This document shows, in pieces, positions 38,417 to 48,319 of a stretch of 56,697 nt of DNA (positions are counted from its first letter, which is position 1; each line of letters starts with the position of its first letter). The stretch comes from an archaeon (GTDB taxonomy: Archaea; Nanobdellota; Nanobdellia; Pacearchaeales; GW2011-AR1): assembly GCA_043817815.1 (NCBI GenBank), contig JBDRGM010000024.1, positions 1 to 56,697 of the forward strand, in the 5' to 3' direction. The notes beneath the pieces are model-generated. The model saw only the letters and a program-made list of their open reading frames with translations, was not told the DNA's origin and did not search any database. The translations under genes and the position numbers were made by a program.

Positions 38417-39844
38417 CTAAGGATTAGCCCTCTTCAAGGTATCCTTTCTAATCTCATCTAATCTTTCTTCACTAATTCCCATCATCCTTGCAATATTCTT
38501 TCTTTTTTCAGGACTTGAAAAATTAATTCTATCCCATTCATAAGCTCTTAAAACCTTCAAGTCTTGAGGACGAAATTCAGAACTTTTTATCCATCCGTCT
38601 GTCCACAAATGTTTGTTAAATTCAAAACCCTCCTTAAGATAACCTCCCTCTTTTGTTATCCTATAAAGTTCTGTATTTGGAAGAGGAGTCGCAATAAATA
38701 TCTTAGCATAATCAACATCTATCTCCTCTGCAAATTTAATTGTCTCCCGTATCTCTTCCCATGTTTCTCCTGGAAATCCAATTATAAAATTAACTGACAA
38801 GTCAATACCCCTCTGTTTTATTTTTTCTATCATTTCTTTTGCTTGTACTAAATCAATTGGCTTGTGAATAATATCTTTTAGCACTCTCTGATTACCACTT
38901 TCAATTGCAACTCCTAAAAACTGGCAACCACTCTCTTTCATCAAGTCAAGTATCTCATCATCTAATGTAAAAAGTCCTACTGCAGAATTATACCATTTTA
39001 AATTATATTTTCTGTCAATCATTATTCTAAATAACTCTTTAGCTCTTTCTCTGTTTGCAGTAAGATTATCATCATCAAAAGATAAAGCCTTTATGCCATA
39101 GTCTCTGATTAACCACTCTATCTCCTCAGTGATGCTCTTTAAACTCCTGAATCTTATTTTCTTTCCAGAGATAGATTCAACTTCACAAAAACAACACCCA
39201 TATGGGCATCCTCTTGAAGTAAGAACTCTCGCATAAGGCATCGCTCTTGGTCTGTCAACGCTTTCTCTTTGTATTTGGTTTGTATATTTCGTAAGATCAA
39301 CAAGGTGATATGCCGGCAAAGGGAGTGCATCAAGATCCTCAATAAAATCAACTCTTCCACCTCCCCTAATTTGTCCATGTTCTTTATATAACACGCCTCT
39401 TTCTGGGAAGTTCCCTTTTTCACTTAAAAAATCACAAAGCTGTTTAAATGCATATTCCCCTTCCCCCACAACAACACAGTCAACATAAGGGCTTTGAATA
39501 AATGGTTTATGATCAGAAATTACACTAACTCCTCCAAGAACAACTTTTGTGTTTGGACTGGTTTCCTTTATAGTTTTAGCTGCTATCAATGCAGAAGCAG
39601 TGTATTCATTTGTAATTGTAGATATTCCCACAATATCTGGCTGCATATTTCTTATTGATTCAGAAAAATCTTCGACAGATAAATTATCTAAATTAGCATC
39701 GATGATTTTTACATCATAATCTTTTTCAACCATCGCTGCAATAAGACATAAATTATAAGGGTGCATTATCCAACTTGTTCTTTCCATGAATTCTGCCCAT
39801 TTGGGATTTGGATACATTAAAACCACTTTCTTTTTTTCATTCAT
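38417..39844 (-). CDS. B12-binding-domain (class B) radical SAM enzyme
   Basis: 475 aa. KKVVLMYPNP...NLCLIAAMVEKDYDVKIID, LGGVSV. TSRGCPYGCCFCEV (CxxxCxxC). Confidence 0.85.
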   Translation of the reverse strand: MNEKKKVVLMYPNPKWAEFMERTSWIMHPYNLCLIAAMVEKDYDVKIIDANLDNLSVEDFSESIRNMQPDIVGISTITNEYTASALIAAKTIKETSPNTKVVLGGVSVISDHKPFIQSPYVDCVVVGEGEYAFKQLCDFLSEKGNFPERGVLYKEHGQIRGGGRVDFIEDLDALPLPAYHLVDLTKYTNQIQRESVDRPRAMPYARVLTSRGCPYGCCFCEVESISGKKIRFRSLKSITEEIEWLIRDYGIKALSFDDDNLTANRERAKELFRIMIDRKYNLKWYNSAVGLFTLDDEILDLMKESGCQFLGVAIESGNQRVLKDIIHKPIDLVQAKEMIEKIKQRGIDLSVNFIIGFPGETWEEIRETIKFAEEIDVDYAKIFIATPLPNTELYRITKEGGYLKEGFEFNKHLWTDGWIKSSEFRPQDLKVLRAYEWDRINFSSPEKRKNIARMMGISEERLDEIRKDTLKRANP

Positions 39845-39892
39845 ATTTGATAAATCTATTATTTGTTTATAAGTATTATTGAGGTATTTTAC

Positions 39893-41062
39893 CTACATCT
39901 CCTCATAATCCTTAACTGTATCATCAATAATCTTCTCCCATCTATACCTTTCTGCATATTTTTTCACATTCTTTTTCTTCCACTTTAAAATTCCTTTAAC
40001 TGCCTTAACAATTTCCTCCGAATTTTTCTTTTTTATTAATAGTCCTTCTTGGTTGTTTTTTATCACAAGAGGCATTCCCGCAACATCTGTAGACACAATA
40101 GGCAAATTTCTTGCCATAGCTTCCATCACTGTTACAGAAGCCCCTTCTTTTGCCGCTGAAGGTAATATAAACGCGTCTGCCGCACTAAAATATGGAAGTT
40201 TTTCCTTATCAAAAATAGGCCCTAAAAATTCAACATTTTTTAGTTCTCTTAATTTAGTTTCTTCTTCATATTTTTCTTGTTCTCCCCACCCAATTATTTT
40301 CAATTCAATATCTGGAAGTTCTTTCATAGCATCTAATAAATATGGAATCCCCTTAAATTTGTTTATCCTTCCCAGATATAAAAGAATTTTTTTGTTCAAG
40401 GGCCATCCAACTTTTTTGCGAGCAAGTTTCTTATCCATATAATCAAAATAATAATCATCAATTCCCATTGTTTGGAATTTTATTTTGGAATTTGGGGCCC
40501 TTTTTGTCAAGTATTCAATTTCAAAAGAACTAAGTGGGTAAAAGATTTTCACATTTTTCAAAACACGATTTTCCCATAATTGACCTAGCAAAAATGCAGG
40601 AAAAAACAATCTGTATTCTTTAATCTCTCTCACAAGTTTTAATGGCCAACTCCCTCCATGATGTTGGGCAATTATATTTTGATTTTTGAAGAGAGTGGAA
40701 ATAAGAAGCCCATGCAGATTATGATATTCATGCAAATGAAAAATTAATTTATAACCTTCTTTTTCACTTTTTTTAACCTCTTTTTTTAATTCTTTTAACA
40801 TAGATATTGAAAAATCAAGCCCATACATTGGGGAGAAAGTTGTAGGAAATTGCCTATATCTAACACCCGATTCATTAAATTCCATATTCTTTTTTATCTT
40901 TTCAGGACACCAACACTCCACTTCAATCTTAGGATAAAATCTCTTAATCTGTTTAGCAGTCAGTGAAAACCAATCTCCCACAATCATCTCTCTAGGTGTT
41001 TTTTGGCATACTGCCCAGACAGCATGTGAAGCATGAGCAATTAATACTGTTTTAATCTTCAT
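39893..41062 (-). CDS. GT4-family (GT-B fold) glycosyltransferase
   Basis: 389 aa. LYLGRINKFKGI, FILPSAAKEGASVTVMEAMARNLPIVSTD (E-x7-E). Start overlaps the stop of the upstream radical SAM gene (41059-41062). Confidence 0.8.
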   Translation of the reverse strand: MKIKTVLIAHASHAVWAVCQKTPREMIVGDWFSLTAKQIKRFYPKIEVECWCPEKIKKNMEFNESGVRYRQFPTTFSPMYGLDFSISMLKELKKEVKKSEKEGYKLIFHLHEYHNLHGLLISTLFKNQNIIAQHHGGSWPLKLVREIKEYRLFFPAFLLGQLWENRVLKNVKIFYPLSSFEIEYLTKRAPNSKIKFQTMGIDDYYFDYMDKKLARKKVGWPLNKKILLYLGRINKFKGIPYLLDAMKELPDIELKIIGWGEQEKYEEETKLRELKNVEFLGPIFDKEKLPYFSAADAFILPSAAKEGASVTVMEAMARNLPIVSTDVAGMPLVIKNNQEGLLIKKKNSEEIVKAVKGILKWKKKNVKKYAERYRWEKIIDDTVKDYEEM

Positions 41063-42597
41063 TTTCCAGACCTAAATTTAAACCTATAACTGAATTTTTT
41101 AATTCTCTCCATAAGTTTTCTTTCTAAATTTGGAGAAAGACTATGCAACAATATTGAGATATTACTTAACACAAACAATCCCTGATAAACAATCTGAACT
41201 GAAATCAAATTCTTAAATCTCCTTTTTGTGAAAATATACAAATTCCATTTTCCCATAATTTTGTATAATTTATCTATCTCTCTGAAATATTTTTTATCAA
41301 ATTTAAAAAAATTATTATGCAAGTGGTCCCAATACTGATGATAATAAGACATAAAAAAAGGTCTGTAATCATCTTTGAATAAAGGCTTTTTATCAATCCA
41401 CCATTTTTCAAATCCATATTCTTTTGCATACTTATCATACATATCTGTCCCTGGCTGAGGCTGAAGTATCCCCCCATAAAACCCTTGAGTAATATTATGT
41501 TTAATTCGATGAATATATTTTTGCATCTCTTTCATATCTTCTGGATTTTCCCAAGGAAACCCACACAGAATATTAGTTCCCACTCTTACATCAAATTCCC
41601 CGCACCATTTTAAAATATCATCCGCACGTTTAGTATATTCTTCAGGCGTTGTCACGCCATTAGCCCCAATTACTTTATTCATTCCTAACAAGGTCTTAGG
41701 CACAGAATTTTCAATTCCTAAAATTATTAACTCACACCCTGCCTGTTTCATCTTCTTAATCATATCTCTATCTAAAAAATCAACCCTTGTTCCACATGAC
41801 CACTTTAATTTAGATTTTGATTCTACAAATAAATCACAAAGTTCTATCACTCTTTTCTTGTTAATAGTAAATGCATCATCAATAAAATTAATAAAATCAA
41901 CACCATACTCTTTTTGAAGATATGTAATCTCTTCAAAAACTTTTTTAGCAGACATAATTCTAAATCGTTTTTCAAATAGAGTAAAGCAATAAGTACACTT
42001 GCCAGGACAACCTCTTGTAGATAAAATCTGTCCAAAATTATTTATTTCATTTTTAATTCTAACATAATCAGACTTTCTGTTTATCTTTTTATCAGGAAGA
42101 GGGATACTATCCAAATCATTAACAATCTCTGCATTTCCAGTGTTTATAATTTTTCCTTTATCTTTATATGCCAGGCCTTTAATTTTTTTAAAACTTTTTT
42201 TTGAATCAACTGCCTCTAAAAATTTCTTAAATGAAATTTCAGCCTCTCCAATAAAAGCAATATCAGCCCCCCTTTCCAAAACCTCTTCAGGACATGCTGT
42301 TGAATGAGGTCCACCAACAATAAGAAGCTCACAATAAGGTTTAATATCTTTCATTAATTTATAGGAATATCTTGCAGCATTTGTAAAAACATGCACACCA
42401 ACAATTGAAGGCTTTTCTTTCTTAATCAACTCAACAATATCTTCGTTTGTTTTCTCATTATATTGTGCATTAAGATTTTCAACTAACACTTCATAACCTT
42501 TATCCTCTGCAATCCTGCCAAGAAAACTAAATGACATCGGAGGAGACGGATCATCCATTCCCGTTCGCGCTTTCAAAAATAATATCTTTTTTGTCAT
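41059..42597 (-). CDS. B12-binding-domain (class B) radical SAM enzyme
   Basis: 512 aa. KKILFLKART...FSFLGRIAEDKGYEVLVEN, VGGPHST. STRGCPGKCTYCFT (CxxxCxxC). Confidence 0.85.
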   Translation of the reverse strand: MTKKILFLKARTGMDDPSPPMSFSFLGRIAEDKGYEVLVENLNAQYNEKTNEDIVELIKKEKPSIVGVHVFTNAARYSYKLMKDIKPYCELLIVGGPHSTACPEEVLERGADIAFIGEAEISFKKFLEAVDSKKSFKKIKGLAYKDKGKIINTGNAEIVNDLDSIPLPDKKINRKSDYVRIKNEINNFGQILSTRGCPGKCTYCFTLFEKRFRIMSAKKVFEEITYLQKEYGVDFINFIDDAFTINKKRVIELCDLFVESKSKLKWSCGTRVDFLDRDMIKKMKQAGCELIILGIENSVPKTLLGMNKVIGANGVTTPEEYTKRADDILKWCGEFDVRVGTNILCGFPWENPEDMKEMQKYIHRIKHNITQGFYGGILQPQPGTDMYDKYAKEYGFEKWWIDKKPLFKDDYRPFFMSYYHQYWDHLHNNFFKFDKKYFREIDKLYKIMGKWNLYIFTKRRFKNLISVQIVYQGLFVLSNISILLHSLSPNLERKLMERIKKFSYRFKFRSGK

Positions 42598-42707
42598 GAT
42601 TAATTTAATACCCTAATTCACATTTAAAAGAATTTATGTATCAAGGTTATACTAATATTCAATCTTCCCTCAATAATCTTTAAATACCTCTCAATTTTTT
42701 TCTTTCA

Positions 42708-43841
42708 ATGCCAACAATGCCCTTCTCGCATAAGATTAAGCTTTTATCTCATTTTGTATTTGAAAGACGATTCAGAGAAATCTATAATATGTTTTGGGTT
42801 TATCCCTTGTGGTGGAATCGAAGATGGTCCTCATTCATATTAAACAAGTTCTTACCTAAGATTGGAATTGATTTATTCCCGCCTTTTTTAGAAATAGAAC
42901 CAACAACTGTTTGTAATTTGAAATGTGTTTGTTGTGAGCATACATATTGGAAAGAGCCTTCAAAAAACATGACTTTTGAACAATTTAAAAAAATCTTTGA
43001 TGATTTTGGAAAACCAAAATGGCTTGGCTTAACAGGAATTGGTTCATCTTATCTCAATAAAGATTATCACAAAATGCTCGCATATGCAAAAAGCAAAGGA
43101 ACACTCATTGAAGTATTTGACCATTTCACCCATTTTGAAGATGATTCCAAAATAAAAGAACTAATAGAGATTGGCCCTGATTTTCAATTTGTCTCAACTT
43201 ATGGAGCAACAAAAAAATCTTTTGAAAAAGTATGCCAAGGAAGTGACTATGAATTAATTGAAAAGAATATCAAAAGATTTGTAGAGCTAAAAAAACAAAT
43301 GAAAAAAAGATTTCCAATATTGAGTTTTCACTACATTATCACAAGCGAATCAAAAGACGAACTACTAAAATTCTTAGACTTTGTGCATTCACTTAATACA
43401 GAAATTGGAGAAATACTTGTAACACCCATGATTCATAGTTTTAAAGAAGCAGAAAAATATGCTGTTGATATTGACAAAGATTATGTTAATAGAATTAGAG
43501 AAAAGGCAGAAAAATATAAAATACCTATTACAATAAATATGAATTCTAAAAAAGAAACAGAGTCTCTTGAAAGAAAACCTCCTATGAGCAACTGCAAAGA
43601 ACTTATCATGCCTTTTATTTTTGTAACAGGTCATGTGACTCCTTGTTGTGGTCAAAACGAAGCAAATCAGCGAGAGTGGCAAAAAAAGATGTCATTAGGA
43701 AATGCTTTAGAAAAGCCCTTTAGAGAAATATGGTATTCACCAAAATACATTATGATGAGGAAGATGATTAGAAGAAATGAATGCCCAGAGGAGTGTAGGT
43801 TGTGTCCTGCTTATGAGAAGAGGGTTGATATAAAAAAATAA
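42708..43841 (+). CDS. Radical SAM enzyme with SPASM-type C-terminal domain
   Basis: 377 aa. EPTTVCNLKCVCCEHT (CxxxCxxC). C-terminal MSNCKELIMPFIFVTGHVTPCCGQ ... CPEECRLCPAY. N-terminal start uncertain (several in-frame Met). Confidence 0.75.
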   Translation: MPTMPFSHKIKLLSHFVFERRFREIYNMFWVYPLWWNRRWSSFILNKFLPKIGIDLFPPFLEIEPTTVCNLKCVCCEHTYWKEPSKNMTFEQFKKIFDDFGKPKWLGLTGIGSSYLNKDYHKMLAYAKSKGTLIEVFDHFTHFEDDSKIKELIEIGPDFQFVSTYGATKKSFEKVCQGSDYELIEKNIKRFVELKKQMKKRFPILSFHYIITSESKDELLKFLDFVHSLNTEIGEILVTPMIHSFKEAEKYAVDIDKDYVNRIREKAEKYKIPITINMNSKKETESLERKPPMSNCKELIMPFIFVTGHVTPCCGQNEANQREWQKKMSLGNALEKPFREIWYSPKYIMMRKMIRRNECPEECRLCPAYEKRVDIKK

Positions 43842-43842
43842 A

Positions 43843-44823
43843 ATGAAAACAGATTACATATATGCAATAGAAAATATTTTACCCTCAAAGAAATTAAGAA
43901 GAGTTATACTTTCTGTCACAAATCTATGCAATTCAAGATGTAAAACTTGTTCTCTTTGGAAAAATAAAGATAGAGTTGAACCGAGTTTTGAAGATTTAGA
44001 AAAACTTGCAAAATCAAGATTATTCAAAGAGGTAAGATTTCTTGTGTTGACAGGTGGAGAGCCTTTTTTAAGAAAAGATTTAGATGAGGTTGTAAACATG
44101 TTCAAGAAACAAAATCCCAAACTTCATATAACTATTTTATCCAATGCACTTCTTCCAGAAACAATTATTAAAAAGGTAATGAATATGCCAAGAGATGTAT
44201 TGATAACAATGTCATTTAATGGAAAAGAAGAGACTCATGATGAGACAAGAGGCGTAAAAGGAAACTTCAAAAAATTGCTAAAGACAATTGAAGGGTTAAA
44301 AAACATCAATCAGAATATAAACTTAATTTTCACAGTAACAAAAGAAAATCATGACCAGTTATTATGGGCATGGGATTTCGCAAAAAAACAAAATCTGAAT
44401 ATTTTGCTTAATCCAGAAATGGATTATGGAAGACTTGAAACAGAAAAAGGAAGGGGATTAAATGAAACTCAAAAACAAAAAGTTCTCGAGCAATTAAAAA
44501 AAATTTATTCAGAAAGAAAAAGACCCTTTTTCGACGACACTTACCTTCTGTTTTTCAAAAAAGTTTACAATAATCAGACAGTAACAGATAGATGCTATGC
44601 AGGAACAAATTCAATTTACATAGATTTTACAGGAGACGTTTATCCATGTGAAAACCTTGTTGGAATAATAAAACCTTTTGGGAACATAAATGGTAAAATA
44701 GCAATCCCAAAAAACTATACTAAAAAAATAAAGGAAATGGATTGTTATGAACATTGCTACCTCCTCTGTGAGATGGTTAGGAATTTAAGAAAACACCCTT
44801 TGAAGACACTGGGGGAACGGTGA
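43843..44823 (+). CDS. Radical SAM enzyme with SPASM/twitch-like C-terminus
   Basis: 326 aa. SVTNLCNSRCKTCSLW (CxxxCxxC), LTGGEPFL. C-terminal DRCYAGTNSIYIDFTGDVYPCEN ... CYEHCYLLC. Starts 1 nt after the preceding radical SAM gene. Confidence 0.75.
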   Translation: MKTDYIYAIENILPSKKLRRVILSVTNLCNSRCKTCSLWKNKDRVEPSFEDLEKLAKSRLFKEVRFLVLTGGEPFLRKDLDEVVNMFKKQNPKLHITILSNALLPETIIKKVMNMPRDVLITMSFNGKEETHDETRGVKGNFKKLLKTIEGLKNINQNINLIFTVTKENHDQLLWAWDFAKKQNLNILLNPEMDYGRLETEKGRGLNETQKQKVLEQLKKIYSERKRPFFDDTYLLFFKKVYNNQTVTDRCYAGTNSIYIDFTGDVYPCENLVGIIKPFGNINGKIAIPKNYTKKIKEMDCYEHCYLLCEMVRNLRKHPLKTLGER

Positions 44824-44863
44824 AATTGATTACAATAATATTTTTAAACTTAGGGGAAGAGAT

Positions 44864-45679
44864 ATGTTCATGCAAATCCAGACAGAACAGGACATGATCA
44901 ATTTCTGTAACGAAGTAAATACTAGTGGAAAACCTTTTGATATTAAAATTTCAGATGATTTAACTCCTTCTGAAGTTGAGAACTGGGAAAAATTGAGAGA
45001 ACAATATGATAATTTTCCTGGAGCACAATTAAAACAAGGAATAAAAGAAATAACTCTTTCCAATTCTTCTCCTGCTGGAAAGGCTTTGGAATTAAACACA
45101 ATCCCTTATCTTCACCCTTTTGCTAAAACCCCAGAGGGCAAACCTGAACTAAAATGCTCAATGACTGGAGTTTTTGTTAATTGTGTTGATACTTCAAGAT
45201 ATTTAGTACTACTCCAAGTAAGAGGAAAAAATATTGAATCAGAATATTCCTTCCAAAATGCTGCTTCTGGTTTTGGAAAGTTTAGAGTGCCTTTACTTGA
45301 AACTGCAAGAACAGAATTATTTGAAGAAGCAGGAATTGAATATGCTCGATTTTTATTTGATGGAAGAGCAGTTGATTTTCTTCCATTTAAGGCAGGAGAT
45401 TATTACCCGCCATTAGCAAGTTTTACGTGCGAAAATGTTCTTTCAGATTTTCCTTATTTTGAAAACTTAGAAAGTATATTAGAATTTAGAGAAAAAGTTA
45501 TAATGGGCATCAAAGAAGGAGCAATTAAAGAGAAGGAAGGCCATCATTTTACAGTTCCTTATAGAAGTCTTGAAAAAATTGCAGGAGAATTAAATAACCA
45601 AGGAAGATTCTACGGTCCTGTCTATGATTCAATTATTAATTCTATGAGAGCTTTAAAAAATAACAAAATGTTAGGTTAA
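44864..45679 (+). CDS. Nudix-like protein (degenerate Nudix box)
   Basis: 271 aa. SGFGKFRVPLLETARTELFEEAGIEY matches G-x5-x-x7-(T)E-L-x-EE-x-G-I. An ATG two codons downstream (44870) is an alternative start. Confidence 0.45.
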   Translation: MFMQIQTEQDMINFCNEVNTSGKPFDIKISDDLTPSEVENWEKLREQYDNFPGAQLKQGIKEITLSNSSPAGKALELNTIPYLHPFAKTPEGKPELKCSMTGVFVNCVDTSRYLVLLQVRGKNIESEYSFQNAASGFGKFRVPLLETARTELFEEAGIEYARFLFDGRAVDFLPFKAGDYYPPLASFTCENVLSDFPYFENLESILEFREKVIMGIKEGAIKEKEGHHFTVPYRSLEKIAGELNNQGRFYGPVYDSIINSMRALKNNKMLG

Positions 45680-47605
45680 TTATTCCTTATACATTTTCCA
45701 AGCATACATATAAGCCTGAACCATTTTATCAGTAAAGGCTTTCCAGCTTAAGTTATCTTTAACAAACATTGCACCTTTCTTTGCTTTCTCCTTATATTCC
45801 TTCTTGTGCTTATGAATATCTAATAAGAATTTTGAATAATCGCTTGTAACAATTCCCAATTCTTTTTTCTTCATCAATGATGCGGTTTCAATTTCTAGAG
45901 ATACAATCACAGGAAGTTCTGCACACAATGCTTCAAGAGGAACAAGTATTCCCCCCTGTTTTTTAGTTGGAAAAAGCCCAACATCTGCTGCTTTATACAA
46001 ATCTCTTAATTCATTTCTTGTCTTAAGATAACCAGCAAATAAAACATGCTTTTCCAATTTCTTCTCTTTCACATACTTTTCGAGTTTTTCCTTATATTCA
46101 GAATCTTCTCTTCCTGTAAAAATAAGTAAGATATTAGGAATCTTGTCTTTTACTTTTTCAACTGCTTTTATGCTCTCAAACTGATTTTTGACATCACATA
46201 AAATTCCAGACTGAACAACAACAAATTTATTTTTCAAATTGAAACTCTTAATAGCCTTCTCAGCATTTCCTCCTGAAAAAAAATCATAATCTATTCCAAA
46301 ATCAATTAACTTAGCATTTCTTCCATATCTCTCTCTTGCTCTAATCTGATTTAATTCTTCTGCAACAGTAATTACATCCATACTTCTTCTGATGATAAAT
46401 CTATCTACCCATACCCTTATTTTGTGCAGTGTCTTATAAAAAAATCCTGCATCTGGTTTACTAAATAAACTTGGAGGTAGATTCATAAACCACACAGCAG
46501 GTTTTTTCTTTGGCCATAAAGTCCAAGTAACAGGAAAATCATGAAAATTAATTACATCATAATTATCTTTTATTTCACTAAGTTTTTTTCTAAAGGCTTT
46601 TATTGCATCAAGAATATCCAGCATATTCTTATAACCAGGAGGATTCAAATCTATATTGTTTTTTGGAATTATAACTTCTGTATTCAACAACTGAGTTTCA
46701 ACTTCCTTAGAACTTGATAAAGCAAGAATATCATTTTTTATCCCTCTTCTTGTAAGTTCATTTGCTAATTCCACAATTAACAACTCTCCTCCGCCATAAT
46801 ACTTCATTTGATTATGAACAATCAATACTTTCGGATTACTCTCCCTAATCATTTCTTTTGCATAATGTAAATCCTCATAGGTGTTTATGTTAATATAACC
46901 TTCTGCAATAGTATACACTTTTACTTTCTTTCCATCATCAATTGCACACTGAATCATATCTACCATCTCTTTCTGATTTCGATACATGTTAATAGGAGTT
47001 TTTTCAATATACTCCAAAATTTCATTTCTAAAAATACAATGGCCTGTCCCCTTTAAGTTATTAATCGGAAACCTTGGTTTCTCTACTAATCTAAAAGTCC
47101 TACCTAAATCATTTATCATTACAGAATACGTTTTTTTAATGCTTGATTTATCCTCCTCACGCACAACTCCACAAACTGCAAATAACTCTTCTCTCTTAAA
47201 TTTCCTTAGCATCCCTTTCATATCTGGCTTAACCATGACCTCGTCTCCAAGCATCAATATAAAATCACTCTTTCCAATTGCTTCTTTTGCATTCTTAATG
47301 GCATTAACTATCCCCTCTCCTCTTTTTTCGAGTACATAAGTCACCTTAACTTCCTTATATTTCTCACCTATTTTTTTAATAATTTCCTCGGGCTTATAAC
47401 AAAGAACAAGTATTATCTCAGTAACTTCTGCATCTATTGCCCTGTCAAGATTATTTTCTAATAATGTTTTATCATAAATTTCAAGCATTGCCTTGTTCTT
47501 CTCCTTAGTCATTTCCTCTAATCTAATCCCTTTTCCACCTGCAATTACAACGGCCTTCATACCTCTCAATCCCCCACTTTCATTTAAAGCATTTATATAA
47601 CTCAA
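45680..47605 (-). CDS. Fusion: sugar-phosphate nucleotidyltransferase + GT4-type glycosyltransferase
   Basis: 641 aa. N-terminus MKAVVIAGGKGIRLEEMTKEKNKAMLEI (an ATG at 47560 may be the true start). C-terminal half LIVHNQMKYYGGGE ... FTGRED ... LFPTKKQGGILVPLEALCAELPVIVS (GT-B donor domain). Its stop codon directly abuts the stop of the convergent gene 44864..45679. Confidence 0.8.
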   Translation of the reverse strand: MSYINALNESGGLRGMKAVVIAGGKGIRLEEMTKEKNKAMLEIYDKTLLENNLDRAIDAEVTEIILVLCYKPEEIIKKIGEKYKEVKVTYVLEKRGEGIVNAIKNAKEAIGKSDFILMLGDEVMVKPDMKGMLRKFKREELFAVCGVVREEDKSSIKKTYSVMINDLGRTFRLVEKPRFPINNLKGTGHCIFRNEILEYIEKTPINMYRNQKEMVDMIQCAIDDGKKVKVYTIAEGYININTYEDLHYAKEMIRESNPKVLIVHNQMKYYGGGELLIVELANELTRRGIKNDILALSSSKEVETQLLNTEVIIPKNNIDLNPPGYKNMLDILDAIKAFRKKLSEIKDNYDVINFHDFPVTWTLWPKKKPAVWFMNLPPSLFSKPDAGFFYKTLHKIRVWVDRFIIRRSMDVITVAEELNQIRARERYGRNAKLIDFGIDYDFFSGGNAEKAIKSFNLKNKFVVVQSGILCDVKNQFESIKAVEKVKDKIPNILLIFTGREDSEYKEKLEKYVKEKKLEKHVLFAGYLKTRNELRDLYKAADVGLFPTKKQGGILVPLEALCAELPVIVSLEIETASLMKKKELGIVTSDYSKFLLDIHKHKKEYKEKAKKGAMFVKDNLSWKAFTDKMVQAYMYAWKMYKE

Positions 47606-47674
47606 ATATACTTTTCTAAAATATATGTCGCACTTCTACATAATACTTAAAAGTAAATTCATTTTACAATTTTA

Positions 47675-48319
47675 ATGAAAAAGATAATTGGAATTGGTGG
47701 AGCAGTAATAAAAACAGGTATTGGAGAGGATTTAAAGAAAAACATAGACCAGATAGAAATGATAATTTATAATGGCGGGGCAATATTTCATGATTTTCAA
47801 TTAGCTCTTGAAGGATACACTTCAGTTCCAATAAGCGAATTAGTAAACACTCACGAAAGAATAAAGTTTTCAAGTTTATATCTCTTAGAATGGTTAAAAG
47901 GAAATAAAGAACCTCCAGAAGGCTCTCTTGCGAAATTTTGTAAAGACCGGGGAATTCCTGTTCTTTTATTTACTGCCTTAGGATGCGATTACTGGCAGTT
48001 ATTTTCTGATGACTGGGGAGTTTTAGGAAGAAAGTCCCAAAGAGATTTCGAGATTCTAAAAAAAAGGTTTAATGAAAAACCATTCCATTACATTAACATG
48101 GGTTCTGCAGTTATACATCCAGAAGTATTCCTAAAAGCAATTTCAGGAGTCAAGCATAAATTCAGAGCAGACGTTGTGGATTTTTTAGACATGTACCGCC
48201 CAAGAACAAGAGTAGCAGTCTACGGCAAATATTTTAAAATGACTTTCAAAGAATATATGGACAACGAATTCAATAAAAATGAAAATAACTTTAATCTCCC
48301 CCGCGACATTTCCATCTGA
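47675..48319 (+). CDS. Hypothetical protein; weak resemblance to the deoxyhypusine-synthase-like Rossmann fold
   Basis: 214 aa. IIGIGGAVIKTGIGEDLKKNIDQIEMIIYNGGAIFHDF, RGIPVLLFTALGCDYW and YINMGSAVIHPEVFLKA line up by eye with the DHS blocks GxxSNLISSGIRE...VTTAGGxEED, IPVFxPALTDGS and ILGGGVxKHH. Much shorter than a canonical DHS. The 3-prime end overlaps the next gene by 41 nt. Confidence 0.25.
   Translation: MKKIIGIGGAVIKTGIGEDLKKNIDQIEMIIYNGGAIFHDFQLALEGYTSVPISELVNTHERIKFSSLYLLEWLKGNKEPPEGSLAKFCKDRGIPVLLFTALGCDYWQLFSDDWGVLGRKSQRDFEILKKRFNEKPFHYINMGSAVIHPEVFLKAISGVKHKFRADVVDFLDMYRPRTRVAVYGKYFKMTFKEYMDNEFNKNENNFNLPRDISI

Noticed and set aside
25611-44823. The SPASM/twitch radical SAM genes as RiPP maturases, or as anaerobic sulfatase-maturating enzymes for ORF 8165..9598.
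   Set aside because: No short precursor-peptide-like ORF, protease or transporter is seen next to them, and all neighbours are sugar-modifying enzymes. The sulfatase-family protein lacks the C/S-x-P-x-R target motif and lies 16 kb or more from the nearest SPASM enzyme.
45677-45682. Abutting convergent stop codons (taa|tta) of 44864..45679 and 45680..47605 as a special regulatory feature.
   Set aside because: Zero-gap convergent ends are compatible with the very tight gene packing seen throughout. No hairpin or conserved motif spans the junction.
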